DNA of 64,000 bases from Rhodospirillaceae bacterium (GTDB lineage Bacteria; Pseudomonadota; Alphaproteobacteria; SHVZ01), in contig JAEULB010000159.1 of NCBI GenBank assembly GCA_016792585.1, forward strand, positions 47,097-111,096, written 5' to 3'. The position numbers and the translations under genes are program-made. Under the pieces are notes generated by a model, which saw only the letters and a list, made by a program, of their open reading frames with translations, was not told the origin of the DNA and ran no database searches. Positions 18,380 through 27,280 of this stretch are shown here, piece after piece (the stretch's first letter is position 1; each line of letters opens with the position of its first letter).

Positions 18380-19905
18380 CATCGTCGACGTCGAAGCGCG
18401 CCGTCGCCTCCCCTCGCGGCGTCGTCGCCGCCCAGCACCCCGCCGCCGCCGAAGCCGGGATCCGCATGCTGGCATCCGGCGGCAACGCGATCGACGCCGC
18501 GGTTGCCGCGACCCTGGCGGTTGGCGTCGTCGAGCCCTGGCTCAGCGGCATCGGCGGCGGCGGCCTGATGCTGCTTCGGCTTGCGGCCGAGGGCGTCACC
18601 CGAGGCATCGACTTCTCGATGGTCTCGCCGCGCCGCCTCGATCCGGCACGCTATGCGCTGGCGACCGGCACCGATGCAGGGCTCTTCCAGTGGCCGCGCG
18701 TCGTGGGCGACCGCAACATTTCCGGTCCGGAGTCGATCTGCGTTCCGGGGACGATCGCCGGCCTCGGCCTCGCCACCGAGCGTTTCGCCAGGCTTTCGTG
18801 GCGCCAACTGATCCAGCCGGCGATCGAACTCGCCGAAGCCGGCCTGCCTGTCGACTGGTTCACCGCACTGACCATCGGCGTCGAGGCCGGGCTCGAGGCG
18901 TATCCGGCGACGCGGATGGTGTTCCTGCCGGGCGGCGCCGCGCCGAAGGCCGATACCGGTCTGAGGCTCGCCAACCCGGCGCTGACGGGGACACTCCGCC
19001 GTCTTGCCGATGCCGGCCCCGGCGACTTCTACGAAGGCGGGATCGCCCGCGGCATCGTCGCCGACCTCGCCGCGCATGGCAGCGTGATCGATCGCGACGA
19101 CCTCGCCGGCTACGAGGCGCGGATGGTCGAACCGGCGTCGCTCGACTATCGGGGAACCGCGATCGAGGCGATGCCCGGCTTGACCGGCGGCCCGACCTAC
19201 CTCGCGGCGATGCGCGGGCTTCTGCACGACATCGTGCCCGGCACCTCGCCGACACCCGAGGCGTTCGTCGCCTACGCTCGCGCCCTCACCGCAGCCTATG
19301 CCGACCGGTTCGCGACCCACGGCCATGCCGGCCTCACCCACGATTCCGGATGCACCTCGCATGTCAGCGTCATCGACGCGGACGGCAACATGGCGTCGGT
19401 CACCAACACGCTGCTCGCCCGCTTCGGCGCCAAGCTGGTGCTGCCGTCGACCGGCATCCTCATGAACAACGGCATGATGTGGTTCGACCCGCGCCCCGGC
19501 GCCGCAAACGCGATCGCGGCGGGCAAACGGCCGCTTGCGAACATGTGCCCGCTGCTGGCGACGCGCAACGGCACGCCGGTCTTCGTCATGGGGGCCGCCG
19601 GCGGGCGGCAGATCGTGCCGGCGCTGGTGCAGCTGACCTCGCTCCTGCTCGACTTCGGCATGTCGGTCGACGAGGCGCTGCGCGTCCCGCGCCTGGACGC
19701 CAGCACCTCGACCGTGATCTGCGACGACCGCATGCCCGCGGGCCAGGTCGCGGCGATCGCACAGTCGTTTCCGGTCTCGCGCATCGCCGACACCGTCTAT
19801 CCGGTGCAGTTCGGCGTGCCTAACGCAGTGGTTCGCGAGCGCGGCCTCAATATCGGCATGGCGCATCCGACCACGCCGTGGCCAGTCGCGCTGGCGGAGA
19901 GCTAG
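18376..19905 (+). CDS. gamma-glutamyltransferase family protein, paralog 3
   Basis: GTG start overlaps the SDR stop (GTGA). 509 aa with GGNAIDAAVAATLAVGVVEP and GC-TSHVSVIDADGNMASVTNTL. No signal peptide. The 664-aa track ORF is an out-of-gene extension. Confidence 0.8.
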   Translation: MTSSTSKRAVASPRGVVAAQHPAAAEAGIRMLASGGNAIDAAVAATLAVGVVEPWLSGIGGGGLMLLRLAAEGVTRGIDFSMVSPRRLDPARYALATGTDAGLFQWPRVVGDRNISGPESICVPGTIAGLGLATERFARLSWRQLIQPAIELAEAGLPVDWFTALTIGVEAGLEAYPATRMVFLPGGAAPKADTGLRLANPALTGTLRRLADAGPGDFYEGGIARGIVADLAAHGSVIDRDDLAGYEARMVEPASLDYRGTAIEAMPGLTGGPTYLAAMRGLLHDIVPGTSPTPEAFVAYARALTAAYADRFATHGHAGLTHDSGCTSHVSVIDADGNMASVTNTLLARFGAKLVLPSTGILMNNGMMWFDPRPGAANAIAAGKRPLANMCPLLATRNGTPVFVMGAAGGRQIVPALVQLTSLLLDFGMSVDEALRVPRLDASTSTVICDDRMPAGQVAAIAQSFPVSRIADTVYPVQFGVPNAVVRERGLNIGMAHPTTPWPVALAES

Positions 19906-20282
19906 GCGAGTTCCTTCGCGAGCTCGTCCAACATGTGGAAGGCGGTGTTGGCCGCAGGCACGCCGCAGTAGATCGCCTGCTGCAGCACGATCTCCTTGAG
20001 GTCGTCGGGAGAGAACCCGCCCTCGACAAGCGCCGCGCGCGCATGCATGCGGAACTCGTCCCAGCGCGACAGCGCAAGCAGGGTGCCGATCACCAGGATC
20101 CGCCTGGTGCGGATGTCGAGGCCGGGTCGGGTCCAGATCTCGCCCCAGGCGTAGCGCGTGATCAGGTCCTGGAAGTCGCGCGTGAGGTCGTTGGTCTTCG
20201 CCACCGAGCGGTCGACATGGGCGTCGCCGAGCACCTTGCGGCGGACGCTCATGCCGGCGGCATGGCGCTCCTTCTCATCCAT
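19902..20282 (-). CDS. pcaC: 4-carboxymuconolactone decarboxylase
   Basis: 126 aa of the CMD family (RYAWGEIWTRPGLDIRTRRIL...QAIYCGVPAAN). Sits in a pca gene context. Confidence 0.85.
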   Translation of the reverse strand: MDEKERHAAGMSVRRKVLGDAHVDRSVAKTNDLTRDFQDLITRYAWGEIWTRPGLDIRTRRILVIGTLLALSRWDEFRMHARAALVEGGFSPDDLKEIVLQQAIYCGVPAANTAFHMLDELAKELA

Positions 20283-21621
20283 TCCCGACCTCCTTCGACA
20301 GCACCTGCTCGACGAACTCGGCCGCCACGCCGAGATAGGTCTCGGGCATCATCAGCACCTCGATCTCGTCGGGGCTGAGATATCGGGAGACCTGTGGATC
20401 CTCGGCAAGAACCGTCTTCAATGGCAGGCCCTCGGCGATCGACCTGCGGCAGGCCGCCTCGATCAGCTCATGCGCCTTGGCTTTGCCGAGCCGGCTGCCC
20501 AGCGTCGCCGAGACCGCCTCCGCCAGCACCAGCCCACCGGTCACCTCGATGTTGGCGCGCATCCGCTTCGCATCGACGACGAGGCCGCCGAGCGCGTCGG
20601 CGATCGAGCGTGCTGCGCCGCCGGTGATCCGCACCAATTCCGGCAGCGTCTCCCATTCGGCCTGCCAGCCGCCGAGCCCGCGCTCGTGCTCCTGGCCCAT
20701 CGAACCCAGCATCGTCGCGACCAGGCCCGGCGCGCGCGATGCCGCCGCCAGCGCCACGGAGGCGGAAACCGGGTTGCGCTTGTGCGGCATCGTCGAAGAT
20801 CCGCCACGGCCCGCCGCCGGCGCCTCATAGGCCTCGCCGATCTCGGTCTGGCCCATCAGCGCGAGGTCGCGCGCAATCTTGGACAAGGTTCCGGCGACGA
20901 GGCCGAGCGTCGTCGCCAGCGCGACGAGGCGCTCGCGCTGCGCATGCCAGGGCAGATCCGGGACCGGCAGGCCCAGGCGGAAACCGAGCACGCGGCCGAC
21001 CTCCGGACCGTCGCCGCCGAGCGAGGCCAGCGTGCCGGCAGCGCCGCCGAACTGAAGCACGCAAGCCGCCTCCAGATCGGCATCAAGCCGGGCGCGCACG
21101 CGGCGAAGCGCGTCGAGCCAGCCCGCCGCCTTGAGTCCGAAGGTGACCGGCACCGCCTGCTGCATCCAGGTGCGTCCGATCATCGGCGTCTCGGCATGCA
21201 CGCGCGCGTGGCCGGCAGCCGCGGTCGCGGCGCGGGCCAGATGCGCCGAGATCGACGGGATCGCCTTCCTGAGCTGGAGCACCAGTCCGGTGTCGATGAT
21301 GTCCTGGCTGGTGGCGCCGATATGGACGAACCTGGCGGCATCCGCGTCCGACGCCGCGACCAGCGCCGTCATCGCCTTGACCAGCGGGATCGCCAGGTTG
21401 CCGGCCCTGGCCGCGTCCTCGGCGAGCGCCGCGCGATCGTAGAGCTGCGCCTTGCCGGCATTCCTGATCGACGCCAACGCCTCGCTCGGCACCAGGCCGA
21501 TATCGGAGGCCGCCTCGGCGAGCGCCACCTCGACATCGAGCATCGCCTGCAGGCGTGCCTCGTCGGAGAGCGCGCTATTGACCTCGGCGTCGCCGAAGAG
21601 ATGGGACGTCAGCTCGCTCAC
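20275..21621 (-). CDS. pcaB: 3-carboxy-cis,cis-muconate cycloisomerase
   Basis: 448 aa of the fumarate-lyase superfamily (GSSTMPHKRNP signature). 8-nt overlap with pcaC. Confidence 0.85.
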   Translation of the reverse strand: MSELTSHLFGDAEVNSALSDEARLQAMLDVEVALAEAASDIGLVPSEALASIRNAGKAQLYDRAALAEDAARAGNLAIPLVKAMTALVAASDADAARFVHIGATSQDIIDTGLVLQLRKAIPSISAHLARAATAAAGHARVHAETPMIGRTWMQQAVPVTFGLKAAGWLDALRRVRARLDADLEAACVLQFGGAAGTLASLGGDGPEVGRVLGFRLGLPVPDLPWHAQRERLVALATTLGLVAGTLSKIARDLALMGQTEIGEAYEAPAAGRGGSSTMPHKRNPVSASVALAAASRAPGLVATMLGSMGQEHERGLGGWQAEWETLPELVRITGGAARSIADALGGLVVDAKRMRANIEVTGGLVLAEAVSATLGSRLGKAKAHELIEAACRRSIAEGLPLKTVLAEDPQVSRYLSPDEIEVLMMPETYLGVAAEFVEQVLSKEVGNG

Positions 21622-22172
21622 GGAGCGAAGAAGACGGTCTCGTCCTTCCCCTGCAGCACGATGTCGAACCGGTAGCGGCCGTCGGCGACGCGTTTGGCGA
21701 TCAGCGTCGGGGCGCGATCGGCCGGCACCAGCTCGAGGATCGGGTCCTGGTCGTTGGCGGCTTCGCCGTCGAAATAGAGCCGGGTCACCAGCCGCGTCAG
21801 CAGGCCGCGGGCGAAGACGCCGACCACCAGGTGCGGTGCCTGCTGGCGGTTGCCGGGGCCGGGCACCGGACCGGGCATCACCGTGGTCAGGCTGAAGCGG
21901 CCTTCGGGATCGGTCGGAGCGCGGCGGAATCCGTCGAATGCCGTCGCGGTTCCGGCGCGGCCGTCCTCGGGATGATGGTAGCGGCCGGACGAGTCTGCCT
22001 GCCAGGTCTCGATCAGCGCATCCGGCACCGGCGCGCCGGCGCCGTCGCGGACCGTTCCCTCGATCGTGACGCGCGCGCCGTCGGGCGAACCGACGATCTC
22101 GCTGCAGCCGTCGAAGACGAGGCCGAAGCGGAAGAACGGCCCGACGGTCTGGAAGGGAGTGGCGCCGGTCAT
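21618..22172 (-). CDS. pcaG: protocatechuate 3,4-dioxygenase alpha subunit
   Basis: Start MTGATPFQTVGPFF with ATGA overlap on the pcaH stop. Intradiol dioxygenase fold motifs present. Confidence 0.85.
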   Translation of the reverse strand: MTGATPFQTVGPFFRFGLVFDGCSEIVGSPDGARVTIEGTVRDGAGAPVPDALIETWQADSSGRYHHPEDGRAGTATAFDGFRRAPTDPEGRFSLTTVMPGPVPGPGNRQQAPHLVVGVFARGLLTRLVTRLYFDGEAANDQDPILELVPADRAPTLIAKRVADGRYRFDIVLQGKDETVFFAP

Positions 22173-22879
22173 CCTTGCGCTTCCATCGGCGTCGCGTTGC
22201 GACCGCGCACGATCATGTCGAAGCGGTAGCCCAGCGCCCATTCCGGCTTGGTCAGGTTGAAGTCGAACGTCGAGACCATCCGGTCGCGCGCCTTCGGATC
22301 GCTGGTCGAGTTGAAGATCGGGTCGTGCGCCAGCAGCGGGTCACCCGGGAAGTACATCTGGGTGATCAGCCGCGTGAGGAAACTGGGCCCGAAGATCGAG
22401 AAGTGCAGATGCGCCGGCCGCCAGGCGTTGTGATGGTTCCGCCAGGGATAGGCGCCGGGCTTGATCGTGACGAAGCGATAGCGTCCCTCGGCATCGGTGA
22501 TCGCACGGCCCGCGCCGGTGAAGTTGGGGTCCAAAGGCGCGTCGTGCTGGTCGCCATCATGGCGGTAGCGCCCGGCGGCATTCGCCTGCCAGAGCTCGAC
22601 CAGCGTGTTCGGGATCGGGCGCTCGTCCTCGTCCAGCACCAGGCCCTCGACGATGATCCGCTCGCCCTGGGCCGGCGCCTTGCCCTGCATCGTCAGGTCG
22701 ACCTCGAGCGGGCCGAAGCGCTCGAATCCGGCGACCGGTCCGGTGATCTCGGACAACGTCTGCGGGATCGTGATCGCCGCCTGCTTGGGATGCCGGAGCT
22801 TGGTCGAGCCGTAGCCTTCGTAGGCATTCGACGGATGGGTTCCGTCTGGGATCGGCCGATAGGGTCTGAGGCTGGTCAT
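22169..22879 (-). CDS. pcaH: protocatechuate 3,4-dioxygenase beta subunit
   Basis: Start MTSLRPYRPIPDGTHPS. Motifs LWQANAAGRYRH and RPAHLHFSIF (Fe ligands). Confidence 0.85.
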   Translation of the reverse strand: MTSLRPYRPIPDGTHPSNAYEGYGSTKLRHPKQAAITIPQTLSEITGPVAGFERFGPLEVDLTMQGKAPAQGERIIVEGLVLDEDERPIPNTLVELWQANAAGRYRHDGDQHDAPLDPNFTGAGRAITDAEGRYRFVTIKPGAYPWRNHHNAWRPAHLHFSIFGPSFLTRLITQMYFPGDPLLAHDPIFNSTSDPKARDRMVSTFDFNLTKPEWALGYRFDMIVRGRNATPMEAQG

Positions 22880-22934
22880 CCGATGAGTCCCGGTGAATCC
22901 TGCCCGCATGTTAGCAGCCGTCCGCGAATTGCGC

Positions 22935-22948
22935 CCGGCAATTGCCGG
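22935..22948. promoter_or_regulatory. perfect 14-bp palindrome CCGGCAATTGCCGG in the pcaH / Ldh_2 divergent intergenic region
   Basis: Read directly. Preceded by a partial copy (GAATTGCG). Candidate operator with no known regulator in the window. Confidence 0.25.
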
Positions 22949-23010
22949 CCTCCAAGGCCCGTGGCAGGGTGGCGGCCCGCCGATTTCCTGACCATTCCAG
23001 CGAGACTTCC

Positions 23011-24108
23011 ATGGCCGAGACGACGCGCTATCACCGGATCGCGCCCGCCAACCTCAAGAAGGCGATCATGCTCGTCTTCGCACAGGTCGGCAGCAGCACG
23101 CGCGAGCAGGAGCTGACCGCAGACCACCTGGTCGCGGCCAACCTCGCCGGCCACGACTCCCACGGCGTCGGGATGATCCCGGCCTACCTGCAGGCCTGGC
23201 GCGAGAAGAAGCTGACGATCAATGGCCGGCACACGGTCGCGGTCGACTCGGGACCGATCCTGACCGTCGATGGCGGCTTGGGCCTCGGCCAGGTGATCGC
23301 CTACGACGCGATGAACCTCGGCATGGAGCGGGCGAGGCAGATGGGCGTCTGCATCCTCGGCATCCGGAACGCTCATCACACCGGCCGCATCGGCCACTGG
23401 GCCGAGCAATGTGCCGCCGGGGGCTTCGTCTCGATGCACTATGTCGCGGGCTTCGCCGGCGTGACCTCGGTCGCCCCCTTCGGCGGCAGCCAGACCCGCT
23501 TCCAGACCAATCCCTATTCAGCGGGATTCCCGCTGCCGGGCCGGCCGCCGATCATCCTCGACTTCGCCACCTCGAAGATCGCGATGGGCAAGGTGCGCGT
23601 CGCCTTCAACAAGGGCGAGCAGGTGCCGGAGAACTGCCTGATCGACGCCGAGGGCAAGCCCACCCGCGATCCGGGCGTGATGTACGCGCCGTCCGACAAG
23701 CGCGGCGCCCTCTTCACCTTCGGCGAGCACAAGGGCTCGGGGCTGGCGATGATCTGCGAGCTGTTCGCCGGCGCGCTCACCGGCGGCGGCACGACATACC
23801 CGGGCAACTACGAGAACCGCCCGATCATGAACAGCATGCTGTCGATCATCGTCGAGCCGTCCAGGCTCGGCGGCGGCGACAATGTCGGGCCCGAGGCGAA
23901 CCGCTTCGTCGACTGGGTCAAGTCATCGAAGCCGTTGCCGGGCGTCCAGGAAGTGCTGGTCGCGGGCGAGCCCGAGCGCAAGCGCCGCGCCGAGCGCGAG
24001 CGCGACGGCATTCCCGTCGACATCACCACCTGGAGCGAGGTGGCGAAGGCTGCCGAAGCCGCCGGCCTCAAGCGTTCCGACCTCGACAAGGCAGCGAGCC
24101 TCGCCTGA
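23011..24108 (+). CDS. Ldh_2 family (malate/L-lactate/ureidoglycolate-type) dehydrogenase
   Basis: 365 aa from MAETTRYHRI. Motifs GHDSHGVGMIP and NAHHTGRIG are typical of Ldh_2. Confidence 0.75.
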   Translation: MAETTRYHRIAPANLKKAIMLVFAQVGSSTREQELTADHLVAANLAGHDSHGVGMIPAYLQAWREKKLTINGRHTVAVDSGPILTVDGGLGLGQVIAYDAMNLGMERARQMGVCILGIRNAHHTGRIGHWAEQCAAGGFVSMHYVAGFAGVTSVAPFGGSQTRFQTNPYSAGFPLPGRPPIILDFATSKIAMGKVRVAFNKGEQVPENCLIDAEGKPTRDPGVMYAPSDKRGALFTFGEHKGSGLAMICELFAGALTGGGTTYPGNYENRPIMNSMLSIIVEPSRLGGGDNVGPEANRFVDWVKSSKPLPGVQEVLVAGEPERKRRAERERDGIPVDITTWSEVAKAAEAAGLKRSDLDKAASLA

Positions 24109-25598
24109 TGGCGAAGATGCTTTCGTGGTCCGAGTGGTCGTCGCTCGACGCGATCGCATTGGCCAAGCGGATACGCTCCGGCGAGATCAGCGCGAAGGAA
24201 GCTGCTCAGCAGGTCGCCGCCGGCATCGCCCAGCTCAATCCGAAGCTGAGGGCCGTGCTGGAGGTGTTCGAGGAGGTCGTCGCCAATCCCGACACGGACG
24301 GCCCGGACCGCGCTGGCCCCTTCTACGGCGTGCCGCTGCTGCTCAAGGACGTACTGTCGGGCCTCAAGGGCCGGAAGCTCGAGAACGGCTCGCGACAGTT
24401 CCGGGGCAACGTGGCACAGGCGACCGACCCGCTGATCGAGAACTATCTCGGCATGGGCCTGGTGCCGATCGGGCGGTCGACGACGCCGGAGTTCGGCTGG
24501 ACCTTCGACACCACCACCGACTACCTCGACGAGCTGATCGTCACCCGCAGTCCCTGGAACCTCGAGCGCACGCCTGGCGGATCCTCCGGCGGATCGGCGG
24601 CGATGGTCTCGGCCGGCGTGCTGCCGATCAGCATGGCCTCCGACGGCGGCGGCTCGATCCGCATCCCGGCCTCGTTCTCAGGTCTCGTCGGACACAAGCC
24701 GTCGCGAGGCCTGGTGCCGCGGAACCTCTCGTCCAGCGAGTACATGACCCGCCATGTCTACGAAGGCGTGGTGACACGGACCGTGCGCGACACGGCGCTT
24801 GCCCTCGACGGGCTCGCGCGCGGGCCGGAAGGCGGTTTCTTCATCCGGGCGACACCGGCCGTCCCCTCCTTCCTCGCCGCGATCGGCGACCTGCCGACGC
24901 GATGGCGGATCGGATTCTCCTGCGGGTCCTGGGGAGCCAGGTCGCCGGTCGACGCGGCCGTCGTCCAGCGGCTCGGCGAGGTCGCGAAGCTCCTCGAGAG
25001 CCTCGGCCATACGGTCGAGGAGGTGAAGGACGCCGACCTCTGCGATTTCGAAAGGCTCCGGCGCGGCTACACGACCCACAATCGCGCCGTCCGGCGCGGC
25101 CAGATCGAGGCGGCCAGGCAGCGCGGCCAGAGCCTCGAGGATCTGGCCAAGCTGATGTCGCCGACCTACTACCAGCACATGCTCACCTCGCAGGAAACGA
25201 CGCTGTTCGACCTGCAGCGCGCATTCGCCGACAACAACGCCTCGATCCGCAGCTTCGGTCACGCCATGGCGACGTTCGACGCGCTGCTGACGCCGACCCT
25301 GTCAATCCGCGTGCCGAAGGCCAACGGCCCCTACTCGCCCTACAGCGACGAGCCCTTCGCGCCCTGGTTCGAGCGTCTCTACGATGCCTGCCGCTACACC
25401 ATCCCAGGGAACGAGACCGGCATGCCCTCAGTCTCGGTTCCGGCCGGCCTCGATGCCGACGGCATGCCGATCGGCGCGCTGCTCCACGGCAAGTTCGGAC
25501 GCGACGACATGGTGCTCAGACTCGCCGCCCAGATCGAGGCGGCGAAACCCGAGTGGTTCTCGCCGAGACCTCGCCACCACATCGCGGCCAATCCGTAG
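24108..25598 (+). CDS. amidase (amidase-signature family), copy 1
   Basis: 496 aa. Start overlaps the Ldh_2 stop (TGATG). Contains LLLKDV (Lys) and [33 protein letters not shown] (Ser-cisSer). Confidence 0.85.
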   Translation: MAKMLSWSEWSSLDAIALAKRIRSGEISAKEAAQQVAAGIAQLNPKLRAVLEVFEEVVANPDTDGPDRAGPFYGVPLLLKDVLSGLKGRKLENGSRQFRGNVAQATDPLIENYLGMGLVPIGRSTTPEFGWTFDTTTDYLDELIVTRSPWNLERTPGGSSGGSAAMVSAGVLPISMASDGGGSIRIPASFSGLVGHKPSRGLVPRNLSSSEYMTRHVYEGVVTRTVRDTALALDGLARGPEGGFFIRATPAVPSFLAAIGDLPTRWRIGFSCGSWGARSPVDAAVVQRLGEVAKLLESLGHTVEEVKDADLCDFERLRRGYTTHNRAVRRGQIEAARQRGQSLEDLAKLMSPTYYQHMLTSQETTLFDLQRAFADNNASIRSFGHAMATFDALLTPTLSIRVPKANGPYSPYSDEPFAPWFERLYDACRYTIPGNETGMPSVSVPAGLDADGMPIGALLHGKFGRDDMVLRLAAQIEAAKPEWFSPRPRHHIAANP

Positions 25599-25679
25599 GA
25601 TTTCGGTCAAGCCCGGCTTCGCTTGACGCAATCGGCGGCGCCTCGCCACGCTCGGTCTGGGAAATTCCTGGAGGGAACG

Positions 25680-27182
25680 ATGGCGAAGCAGGCTCTGTCG
25701 TGGTCGGAATGGGCGTCGCTGGACGCGCTGGCGCTGGCCGATCTCGTCGCCAGGAAGAAGGTCTCGGCGAAGGAGGTCGCGGCCCAGGCCAAGGCCGGCA
25801 TCGACGCGGCAAACCCGACGCTCGAAGCGGTGCTGGAAGTCTTCGAGGACGTCGTCGCCAATCCCGACAAGGACAGGCCGAACAAGGACGGCGCCTTCTA
25901 CGGCGTGCCGCTGCTGCTGAAGGACATCGGCTCCGGTCTCAAGGGCCGCAAGCAGGAGTCGGGATCGAAGCTGCTCCGCGACTTCGTCGTGGCCGAGACC
26001 GATCCGCTGGTCGCCAACTTCCTCGGCGGCGGCCTGGTGCCGATCGGCCGCTCGACCACGCCAGAGTTCGGCATGACCTTCGACACCACCACCAGCTACC
26101 TCGACAAGGTCATCACCACCCGCAATCCGTGGAACCTGAAGCACACGCCGGGCGGATCGTCGGGCGGGTCGGCGGCGATGGTCTCGGCCGGCGTGCTGCC
26201 GATCAGCATGGCCTCCGACGGCGGCGGCTCGACCCGCATTCCCGCCTCGTATTGCGGCCTGGTCGGTCACAAGTCGTCGCGCGGCCTGGTGCCGCGCCAG
26301 ATCGGCGGCAGCGACTACCAGTCGCGCCATGTCAACGAAGGCGTGGTCACCCGGTCGGTCCGCGACACCGCGGCCGCGTTGGACGCGATCGGGCACGGAC
26401 CGCAGGGCGGCTTCTTCGTCCGCGTGACGCCGGCGGTGCCGTCGTTCCTGGACGCCCTGAAGGACGTGCCGAAGGGATGGAAGATCGGACTCTCGACCGG
26501 TCCCTGGGGCCGGTCGACGCCGGTCGACGACCAGGTCGCCGCCCGTATCCGCGAGGTCGGCAAGCTGCTCGAGAGCCTCGGCCACACGGTCGAGGAAGTG
26601 AAAGACGAGCAGGTCTGCGACTGGACCGCGATGTGGCGCGGCTACATCGCTCACTGGATCTCCAGCCGCATGGCGCATCAGGGCCTGGCACGCAGCCGCA
26701 ACGTCGACGCCTCGCGGATCAAGGACTTCATGGTGCCGATGGTCTGGCGGCACTTCGAGGCGGCGCAGACCTACAAGCTGGTCGACCTGATGAACGCGAT
26801 GAACGACAACAACGTCGTTACCCGCGCCTTCGGCAAGCTGATGGACAGGTACGACATGCTGCTGACGCCAACCCTGGCGATCCGCGTGCCGCTGGCGAAC
26901 GGCCCCTACTCCCTGCTCCGCGACGAGCCGCTGACCGGCTGGATGGACCGCCTCGCGGATGCCTGCCGCTTCACCATGCCCGGCAACGAGACCGGCGTGC
27001 CGGCGATCTCGGTTCCGGCCGGCCTCGACTCCGACGGCCTGCCGATCGGCGCCCAGCTTCACGGCAAGTTCGGCCGCGACGACATGGTGCTGAGGCTGGC
27101 GGCCCAGGTCGAGGCGGCGAAGCCGGAGTGGTTTGCCGCGCGGCCGAAGAACCACATCGCGGCAGGTACGTGGAGCGTCTGA
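25680..27182 (+). CDS. amidase (amidase-signature family), copy 2 (tandem paralog)
   Basis: 500 aa from [11 protein letters not shown] with a GGAGGGA RBS. Same signature block, collinear with copy 1 throughout. Confidence 0.85.
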   Translation: MAKQALSWSEWASLDALALADLVARKKVSAKEVAAQAKAGIDAANPTLEAVLEVFEDVVANPDKDRPNKDGAFYGVPLLLKDIGSGLKGRKQESGSKLLRDFVVAETDPLVANFLGGGLVPIGRSTTPEFGMTFDTTTSYLDKVITTRNPWNLKHTPGGSSGGSAAMVSAGVLPISMASDGGGSTRIPASYCGLVGHKSSRGLVPRQIGGSDYQSRHVNEGVVTRSVRDTAAALDAIGHGPQGGFFVRVTPAVPSFLDALKDVPKGWKIGLSTGPWGRSTPVDDQVAARIREVGKLLESLGHTVEEVKDEQVCDWTAMWRGYIAHWISSRMAHQGLARSRNVDASRIKDFMVPMVWRHFEAAQTYKLVDLMNAMNDNNVVTRAFGKLMDRYDMLLTPTLAIRVPLANGPYSLLRDEPLTGWMDRLADACRFTMPGNETGVPAISVPAGLDSDGLPIGAQLHGKFGRDDMVLRLAAQVEAAKPEWFAARPKNHIAAGTWSV

Positions 27183-27192
27183 GGCTGTCTTG

Positions 27193-27229
27193 AACGTTCC
27201 GTTGCGATTTGGCGTCGCAACGGAACGTT
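27193..27229 (+). terminator. perfect 15-bp stem hairpin (AACGTTCCGTTGCGA-TTTGGCG-TCGCAACGGAACGTT), possible terminator without U-tract
   Basis: Read directly 11 nt after the amidase-2 stop. No T-run follows, so the terminator function is uncertain. Confidence 0.35.
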
Positions 27230-27280
27230 AACCCCGATGGTGGTAGCGAGAGCTTCGACTAGCTGCCACATTCGAGACAA

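Noticed and set aside
23409-27193. ORFs 23882-27193 (1103 aa, +), 25428-27155 (575 aa, -) and the 729-aa form of 23409-25598
   Set aside because: They are out of frame or antisense to the Ldh_2 and amidase genes, and Arg/Pro/Gly-rich. The 729-aa ORF is the amidase frame running open upstream. The real start, ATG 24108, overlaps the Ldh_2 stop.
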